Assembly (NCBI RefSeq): GCF_001194135.2
Contig: NC_068981.1
Coordinates: forward strand, 156,426,101-156,490,100
DNA from: Octopus bimaculoides
Taxonomy: Eukaryota
Length of the DNA stretch: 64,000 nt
Reading direction: 5' to 3'
The notes under the pieces were generated by a model, which saw nothing but the letters and a program-made list of their open reading frames with translations, had not been told where the DNA came from and made no database searches. The translations under genes were made by a program, and so were the position numbers. The stretch's first letter is position 1; the number at the start of each line of letters is the position of its first letter. Of the stretch, positions 62,429 through 64,000 are shown piece by piece.

Positions 62429-63618
62429 TTCAATTATGTTGTAGCTGCCTGATTTTTATTATTTGTTGAAAGCAAGTCTTGATCTAAGCTTGTGAAGGGA
62501 CTTTTCAGATGACAAGTGGAAATAAGAAAGATTAAGATGGTTAATACAGAGTTTGAAAGGACAAAGTGTAGCATGAGATGAGAAGAAAAAGATGAGTTCC
62601 ACAAAGTAATACATTTTAGAATAAAAACCATACATAGTTTTATTTCTGTACTGACTTCTTTGAATTTTAATTTTAGTTGAGGTCATCAACATTTGCCTTT
62701 CAAGACCTTCCGTCTTGTACAATCCTTTTTAAACAACTTTTGGTCCTCCAGTTTCCCTAAAGGCCTTTCACCAAAAGATGTCATCAGTCACTGAGGTGAA
62801 GAGAATCTCATTTGCATGTGATTTCTCTCAATATTTACATTGCAAGAAATGTTTTAATATGACAAGGCTGCTAATCCATTTATCACTCTCACTCTCACCA
62901 CCAACCTGGAGAATCAGGTCCATGTTAGCAGCCTGTTACATGCCTACATATAGATGCCATTCATTATATCTCCTGGATGGATCCCTACAAATAAATGGGG
63001 AATTTGTCAAGGATTTCAATGGAATACCATTATCACCAAATGCTTGGTTGAATGATTCTTTTTAATAGTTACTGCCCTCCTACATAGGTTGGAATATTAC
63101 ACCATGTTCATACACTTCATTTTTGGCTTTGTTTCCATAGATATATGCCCTTTACCATAATATCAAAACTACATATGTTGTCATGTCCCTGATAAGCCTA
63201 CACTGCCTTAGGGTGCACTTTACAAAATATTGGATGCATTTTATTATAGAACCACTTTACAGTGTACAGGGTATATTTTATTACGGCACCAAGAATACAG
63301 AGGTTGTCATGTCTCTAATAAGAATAAAGAGTCCTAAGACCCTACATTGTCTTGGTACACAAACAAGCATGCACATATGTATATAGATACATATATATTT
63401 ATGACAGACTTCTATCAGTTTCTGCCTACTAAATCTACTCACAAGCATTTGGTCATAGTAAAAGACATGTGCATAAGGTGCTGCACTGTAGGTAAGAACT
63501 CATAAAGCCATGTCTGCCCTTATACGGCCATGCCTGTGTCTATACTAAGATAAATAATAGACACTTCTACCATGAATTCAATTCAATCAATAAAGTTAAA
63601 TATCATTAAATAATCTTA

Positions 63619-63855
<237 letters not shown>

Positions 63856-63905
63856 TCAGGAAAGTTTCACAACAAAAGATTCCAATTAAAAAGAATAAAT
63901 CTTAC

Positions 63906-63969
63906 CAGTGATTTCAGTTTTCTTTGGTTTCATTAGACTACTCATCATTGACATTACGTCTTGACCACC
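63906..63969 (-). CDS. RUVBL1: RUVBL1 exon (64 nt); the gene continues beyond the window
   Basis: ttttcttag|GGT ... ACT G|gtaag; GGQDVMSMMSSLMKPKKTEIT. Confidence 0.97.
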
Positions 63970-64000
63970 CTAAGAAAATAATTAAGGTAACAATATTAAT

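Overview
AT-rich, microsatellite- and transposon-dense eukaryotic DNA with several N gaps. The repeat families and composition suggest an octopus/cephalopod genome (inference, not verified). Two spliced protein-coding genes can be reconstructed by hand, both on the minus strand. SMIM14 has three confident coding exons at 17174-17248, 15318-15366 and 12824-12972; its terminal exon and non-coding first exon are uncertain. RUVBL1/pontin has its five 3' exons at 60139-63969 and continues beyond the window. The rest is mostly decayed mobile DNA: RTE, R4/Dong and CR1/L2-group LINE remnants, Penelope-like element (PLE) remnants, several SINE families, two LTR families, mariner/Tc1, Tigger, hAT and piggyBac-type MITEs, and a Helentron-like element. 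The most interesting signals are: an apparently intact extended type I hammerhead ribozyme at 1317-1388, plus other hammerhead-like motifs including a family with a non-canonical core; an LTR followed by a 63-bp-period array of tRNA-Trp primer-binding sites; serial Dong insertions into (TAA)n next to the SMIM14 splice acceptor; an unexplained four-hairpin module; and a probable bidirectional promoter near 39.1 kb driving an unannotated plus-strand transcript. All alignments and folds were done by eye. No database searches were run, and TE boundaries are approximate unless terminal inverted repeats (TIRs) or target-site duplications (TSDs) are quoted.
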